DNA of 64,000 bases from Nymphaea colorata (taxonomy: Eukaryota), in contig NC_045138.2 of assembly GCF_008831285.2 (NCBI RefSeq), positions 14,570,001 to 14,634,000 of the forward strand, read 5' to 3'. The notes under the pieces were generated by a model. That model saw only the letters and a list, made by a program, of their open reading frames with translations. It was not told the origin of the DNA and searched no databases. Below are positions 58,043 to 64,000 of the stretch, piece after piece. Position numbers and translations under genes: made by a program. Position 1 is the stretch's first letter. Each line of letters begins with the position of its first letter.

Positions 58043-58122
<80 letters not shown>

Positions 58123-60090
58123 TAATGTTGTCATCTATTGATGTACCATATGTCTTGAATGATATTCAATAATGAAAGGAATCAATAGAGGAATATTTGG
58201 GGTAGCCTCAGCAAGAAAAGCAGAGATTGAAGGGTTGGTGAAGTCGCTGGAGTCCTGCAATCCCAATCCTGAACCAACTGGAGATCTGGAGAAGGTAAAG
58301 ACTTGTGGACTTCTTCTTTTTTTTCTATGTGGAAACCATTAATTTATTCTCCTTCATTCAGCTGCTTCTTTAGTATGCAAAACAAGTGGTTAATGGGAAA
58401 TAAAATAAACTCTGAGTCTGTTTTTATTGCACCACTAAAATTTTGTTGCATTTCTGTAAAATTTTCATATTGGGCATTACTTTTTTCATTATCTGATGAG
58501 AAGCTTTGCACAGCATTTGTTCTATTTTTATCTTTTTGATAAAGAACTGAATAACTAAGATCCTCATCTTCTTGTAGGTTAGTGGGTGTTGGAAACTCAT
58601 ATACAGTACCATTTCAATCTTGGGCACAAAGAGAACTAAGCTAGGATTGAGAGATTTTGTCAGTCTTGAAGATTTCTTTCAGACCATTCACATCGATGAG
58701 GTATGGTAAATCTAAGATCGAATTCTTCTCTGCTTAGCCTGATTATACTGTAAGCAATTGGAACAGTTTCCCCTTGCTAATCATGTTTAGAAAATCTCAG
58801 ACTATTGTGATAATGTAAAACTCCATAGACACTTGGAAAAAGGATTGCCGGCAGTAGCGAAGCCAGAAAATTTTAGTCCAAAGGCACTGATGCGTAGGAT
58901 CCCAATTTTGCTCTTTGAAAACTCTTAAACCTTTCTAATACCTAGTAAAATGGCTTAATTTGTGTGGGTTTATGTGGGCACCTACCCACTTGAGCCCACA
59001 TCTGCTTCTGCCACTGCTTGACGGAAGTGCATCGACGGGGCCCAAGGAGACCATAATAGTGAGTGCTGTTCCTGTGTAAAAATGAGGTCTACTGTAAGAG
59101 AAGCAATGCTGCCATCAACTTTCTGAAACAGAATGCAGTCGGGACCAAACAGTTGACTCATGCTCATGTTGGTGGATGATTATGACAAAGTAGGCTACAT
59201 CTGGGTCCAGAGTCAGATGCATGGAAGCAGCCAAAGGGGTAGGCTCGAGGCTGGTTAGCTTTGACTAGGCATTGTACAGTCATTAATTGATCTGGGCTCA
59301 TTCCGGCCAAGCCTGTTGGCACATGGGACATGCTAGTACCTGGCCTGACCCAGTTTGGCCGGGGCTAGACCATACTAGGTTTGTGCCTGGAGATGATCAG
59401 CAAGTACCCTAGTTGGGCTGAATTTTGGTCAGGCCAACTGGACTACTGAGACCAACACTTCAGCACTTCTAGCCCTAAACCTGAGTGTTTATGGAGTTTT
59501 ACCGTAACTGTTTAATGAAATGAAGAGCTAAATCAACGAGTTCAACCAGCCTTTTTGAGTTTAGGTGCGTGATCTTCTGACCATGACTGAGATTTTCTTG
59601 TTGAGTTTGTTGGAAGCCTGAAACTTGGATTCTGTGGCAGGGAAAAGCACTGAACACCGTCAACTTTCAGGTGAAGGGGTTGAAGTTGCTGAAAGGGCAG
59701 CTCACCGTTGTGGCCAATTTCAAAGTTACATCTCCCACTGTGAGTTACAACAAAGTGCTCAAAACTACACGTTTCTGGTTTTGAGATTTCGCTTTGCAGA
59801 AGATTCAAGGAGATGACAATAATACTGCAATTTTTTTTCTAATCTTGCTTTAACAGAGAGTTGAAATCGAGTATCAGGATTCAACAATTGCTCCTGATCA
59901 GGTTTGAATTTCTGTTCTTTCAAATGGGTGCTTACCAATAAAATCAACAAAAAAAACTATATCAAAATTACCCATTAATAATCTGTTTCTTTTATTGGAA
60001 ATTTCAGCTTTTGAACCTCTTCAAAAAGAACTATGACCTGCTTCTTGCTATCTTCAACCCAGAGGGCTGGCTCGATATAACGTATCCTTT

Positions 60091-60129
<39 letters not shown>

Positions 60130-60249
60130 GCTGTTCCCCTCTTGAAAGAAAAAACTGTTGGTTCTTAATTTGATACAAGATATGTTGACGAGGATATGAG
60201 AATCGGACGGGACGACAAGGGCAACCTGTTTGTATTGGAAAGAGCATGA
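55719..60249 (+). CDS. FBN5: Plastid fibrillin-5 (PAP/fibrillin), 271 aa; exons 55719-56007, 58179-58294, 58578-58700, 59641-59739, 59857-59901, 60008-60081, 60180-60249
   Basis: [63 protein letters not shown]; transit-peptide-like N-terminus; exons sum to 816 nt. Confidence 0.9.
56035..56615 (+). repeat. Degenerate ~100-150 bp tandem array with (GA)n spacers in FBN5 intron 1
   Basis: About five copies of GAGAATTTGGT.TT.ATCT..TTGA.TTAAAACA... Confidence 0.8.
58048..58118. repeat. (TA)n(GA)n microsatellite
   Basis: Seen directly. Confidence 0.95.
58852..59016. mobile_element. hAT-like MITE in FBN5 intron 3
   Basis: TIRs CAGTAGCGAAGC / GCTTCTGCCACTG with degenerate 8-bp TSD ATTGCCGG / CTTGACGG (6/8). 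Confidence 0.65.
60082..60179 (+). other. U12-type (minor spliceosome) GT-AG intron
   Basis: 5' site GTATCCTTT; branch-like TTCTTAAT at 60162-60169, ending 10 nt before the end of the AG (60179); no polypyrimidine tract at the 3' site. Confidence 0.88.
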
Positions 60250-60634
60250 AGGGCAAGAGAAACGCATCAGTGATCACACCAGGAGGTCTCCCTAGAGAAG
60301 CTCCAAGATTCTAAATACAAAGCTGTTCTCAGAAACACAGTTTTATCAATCAATACCACGTTTCTATCTTACTGACCCGTCAGACAAAATATTTTGGTAT
60401 GGCGTGCAAACAGGAATCATGAAAGACCAACTTGCTGCCGACACATGCATATATATTGTGAATAATGAAGGTACCGCGGAAAGCGAATTATCAGAGTTAC
60501 ACCTTTTATAAATTTAAAGTTATTGTTTATTCCTGATAGATCAGGTTTCCAACAGCAAGACAAAGATAAGCATCCATACTGTCTATTGTTAATAGCATAT
60601 TAAACGTACAACCAGCAAGCATAATGGAGATTTC

Positions 60635-62912
60635 CTATGCAGCAGCATTAGCCTGTTGCTTCTGCTGTCCCCATTGAGTTGGAGTGATTGCTTTTGTGAT
60701 GGACAGGGCATGGATCTGTTTCAGCTCTTCAGCAAGTGCAGCATTCACCATCCTGTGCCTTTCCAGCAGCCTTTTCCCCTCAAATTGTTCAGAGACTATC
60801 TCAATGGAAAAGCTTGCACCACACCTGCTTTTTCAGACAACAATTTTTTCTTCATTAAGAACAACAAAGAACAAAATGGCAAATCTATAAGAAAAGGAAC
60901 AATATCATATTTCCTCGATTAAGATCTTACCCTCCAGACGTGTCGGTGATTTCCTGTCCAGACAAAGAAAAAAAAAAAAGGAAAAGGAAAATGTTAACAG
61001 TAGGAATACATATAGTGGAGAAAAGTGATGTAAATTGATCAATTCGAGAACATTAATACATGTAATGATGCACATGGCTATGTTGCAAATCAAGTCCACC
61101 TTCCGCCTTGAAAATTTCTATCATTTTCCTGCAGGCTGCAACCATTTCCCAGCCCAGGGGCTAAATGTCCAAGTTAGTGTGACAAGACGCGCTGCTCAGT
61201 AAACCAACTTTTTTTATTTCACGAAAGACTTTGAGAAATAGAAAGGAGGATTACAAAGTGATATTGCTTAGTGGAACACATGTTCCCGATACAGCCGCTG
61301 TGCAGATGACAACGGCAATCAGACGGAATAGAAGCAGAGCTCCTTAATGGGGTCATGATCTTGAATGATGATATAAATGCACATTAATCCCTCCAAAACC
61401 AAGTATAGAATAGAAATGCAGGATTTGCAGATACAAAAATAAAGGTGAGAGTATACTTAAAAGCAGAAAACAGTCCAAGTACACCGACAAGTAGAGGTTA
61501 TCAAGTGCCAACAATCGGCAAGAGATTCCTAAAAAGGATCCCATCGATACCCAAACACATGACATTCCAGCACCAGCATGCTCATATCATGTTCCTCATT
61601 CAACGGCTGCAATCAAACTGTAAGCCTACAAAGTACAAAGATGTTGTACTAACTCCAAGCCTCTCACTGCAGCAGAACATACGAAAAGCTCTCCGCTGTC
61701 CAAATTTGATCTTATGGACCACGCATATACTTGCCTTTCATAGTTGGTAATTGATAGAAGTCATCGGCAAAGCTTGAAGACATTATCCAGCATATGATTC
61801 CTCAATCTGACCTGCCTCTGAGCATATGTGGCCATACACAGTAACTTATATTGGCTTTTTTTTTTTTTTGAAAATATATAGATGAGCGAGAGATTTCAAA
61901 AGTCAACATAATCCCCAAGAGAAGCATCATATTTTGAGAACATCGTCTAACTTAATATCACGATCTGACCCCAACATTATATGTTCAAAATTCATATCGT
62001 TTTGTTTCTGGAATTTCATTTTACTGATATATGTTTGAATAAAAATATATCAATATTTCCCAAGGTTTTTTGAAGAAAAAATCTCTTTCAATATATATAG
62101 AGATTTTCCATGGCAGAGAAGAATCCGGGATTAAAATTTGTTTCTATGGACCAACTCTATTACAAAATAGGAGTCGCATAGACGGTATCGCCTGTCCAGT
62201 AAGCCGTGCAGATTGAGGCCTTCTTCCTCTTAGCAAAAGCACTGGACTCACTGTAATCCCAAGGTCGAACTGCTAATGGGGCTTCCATGTTTCCGGCTCT
62301 CAAGCACCGCACAGCCCTCACAGTCGAAGTCACAGATTCTGATTGAACACCATTTCCTGGGTCTCTACTAACCTTACCGCCTTAGGTAGATTCAGATGAA
62401 GAAGATTCATTCTCAAGAACCCTATACTAGCATACCATATTGAAAATACCACCTTGAATTCGAGGGTTCAAACTTCAAACTAGAATCCCGAGAAAGACAA
62501 CTTTAAAGAAGTCAAAATTTTTGAGAAAGATAAGTTGGACGGAGAAAGAAAAATGCAATACCACGGAAACGGAGATAACAACAACCTTATACAAGGAACA
62601 CATTCACTGATGCTATCGTATCAAAGAAACACCTGAAGGGTTAATCAATCAACCATCAATAGTGGTAAGTGTTTAACAAATTCTGTTGGTGGTCGTGAAG
62701 AAAATTGAAAAGAAAGACAACCCAGTTGGATATTTCTCTTTCAAGAGGAACAGGTCCAGAAATTCGAGAAACGAACGAACAAAAATGAGAGAAGGAGGGA
62801 GGGAGAGAGAGAGAGAGAGAGAGAGAAAAAAGGAGAAAGAAAAACTGACCATGTGTGAGGGCTTCAGCTTGGAGGCCAAGGCAGACGCCACTTGTTCCTT
62901 TGTAATGCCCAT
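60635..62912 (-). CDS. BOLA2: BolA2-type protein, 91 aa; exons 62912-62850, 60953-60931, 60824-60635
   Basis: MGITKEQVASALASKLKPSHMEITDTSGGCGASFSIEIVSEQFEGKRLLERHRMVNAALAEELKQIHALSITKAITP; GT-AG introns; no transit peptide. Confidence 0.93.
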
Positions 62913-64000
62913 ATCTTCTTCTCTTTCTCTCCCTCTCTCGCTCGCTGGTGGAAGTCGTACCAGAAATCGGCGGTATATATAATGGCTGCTGCGAGTGCCT
63001 TTGAAATGCAAACGGGTCGAGCGTTGACTGGAGAGATCCGGCTGACATCCATCGTTGGAGGAAGGAAAGGCATCTTTGTTTTAATCCGTCGTGAGGCCAT
63101 TTCATTCCAAGTCTGGATCCTGAACTTCAGCAAAAGGTTCAAGTTAGAGCCGACGCAAAAGTAAATTAGCCTATGGATCAATTGGGTTTGATTTGGACTA
63201 GGACTTGGAGTCATAATTTGATTGGATCAGTTTAGATTAAATGCTGTAGTCTGTTTACGCCTCTAATAAATAAATCAATTTTAAAGTCATGCTGAGATTT
63301 GGATTCGATTATGCTTGCAAGTCAGAATCACGTCCCATTAGTAGAAGACCAGCCTTTTCTCTTGCTTGAACCTTGGAAATTGATATGATACATAAACATA
63401 ATAAATTTTAAGTCCCTGTTAAATAACTAAGAGAAAGAGGAGAGGGAAGAAGAGGGGGGACAAGTCCACTTGGCCTCATAATGACATCCTTAATATCAAG
63501 ATCATCACTACTCCTCAATACCATCTGATAACACCCTCTAGAAGGGCAGCAGCAAGGAAATGCATGGTAAACACTAACCTTTCAGATTTGGACTGGGTGC
63601 CGCTACCCATTTTGTGAAACTCGACTTGGATTTGAACATCTTTCAGACTCAAATATTTGCCAGACTTGCAGCAGGAGTCCTTGAGGCTCTCAGATTCGTT
63701 TTCCCGTATAAACTTAATTAAGTAAAAGCCTGTTTCGGGTCCGTGATTGGTCTAATCTAATTCATTTACATCTCAAACTTAATTCAATTTAATTTTCTAT
63801 GTATTCAGCTGATCGCGTATAACTAAAGAATCTACTTTTGAAGACCTTTCCACAAAATTCTGCTGCAAATTCTTACCCATCAGTACCTTCACCAGATGCC
63901 ACAAAAGGAATAAAGCACTCCAGAAAGTGAGAACCTCAAAATCAACCCTGTTGTATGTTACTGTTTGATTTCCTGAATAACCTTCAAATTCATGTAAAGG

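Noticed and set aside
27009..62912. Iron/organelle 'gene cluster' (VTL, QCR6, uL15, PORR, FBN5, BolA2)
   Set aside because: Different compartments and pathways; such genes are common and there is no evidence of co-regulation.

Overview
Flowering-plant nuclear genomic DNA (spliceosomal introns, microsatellites, MITEs); the species cannot be named from the sequence. Nine apparently intact genes were reconstructed exon by exon: a serine decarboxylase-family enzyme (4988-7575), a group I bZIP (VIP1/RF2b-like), a VTL vacuolar iron transporter homolog, an ATL RING-H2 ligase, QCR6, mitochondrial uL15, a PORR-domain protein, fibrillin FBN5 and BolA2. The first 11 kb is a recent ~7.09 kb tandem duplication. 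It leaves the 3' end of a second decarboxylase copy (1-488) and a headless bZIP fragment. Top candidate: the complete decarboxylase copy has YPF instead of the canonical YPY substrate motif, the change linked to alanine decarboxylase (ethylamine) activity in tea, plus other derived substitutions, so it may be a neofunctionalised paralog. Also notable: a ~1.28 kb nested inverted repeat (40141-41422), a U12-type intron containing a microsatellite in FBN5, two GC-AG introns, and a 36.8-40.1 kb zone of gene and retroelement relics. All alignments were done by eye and comparisons to known proteins are from memory.
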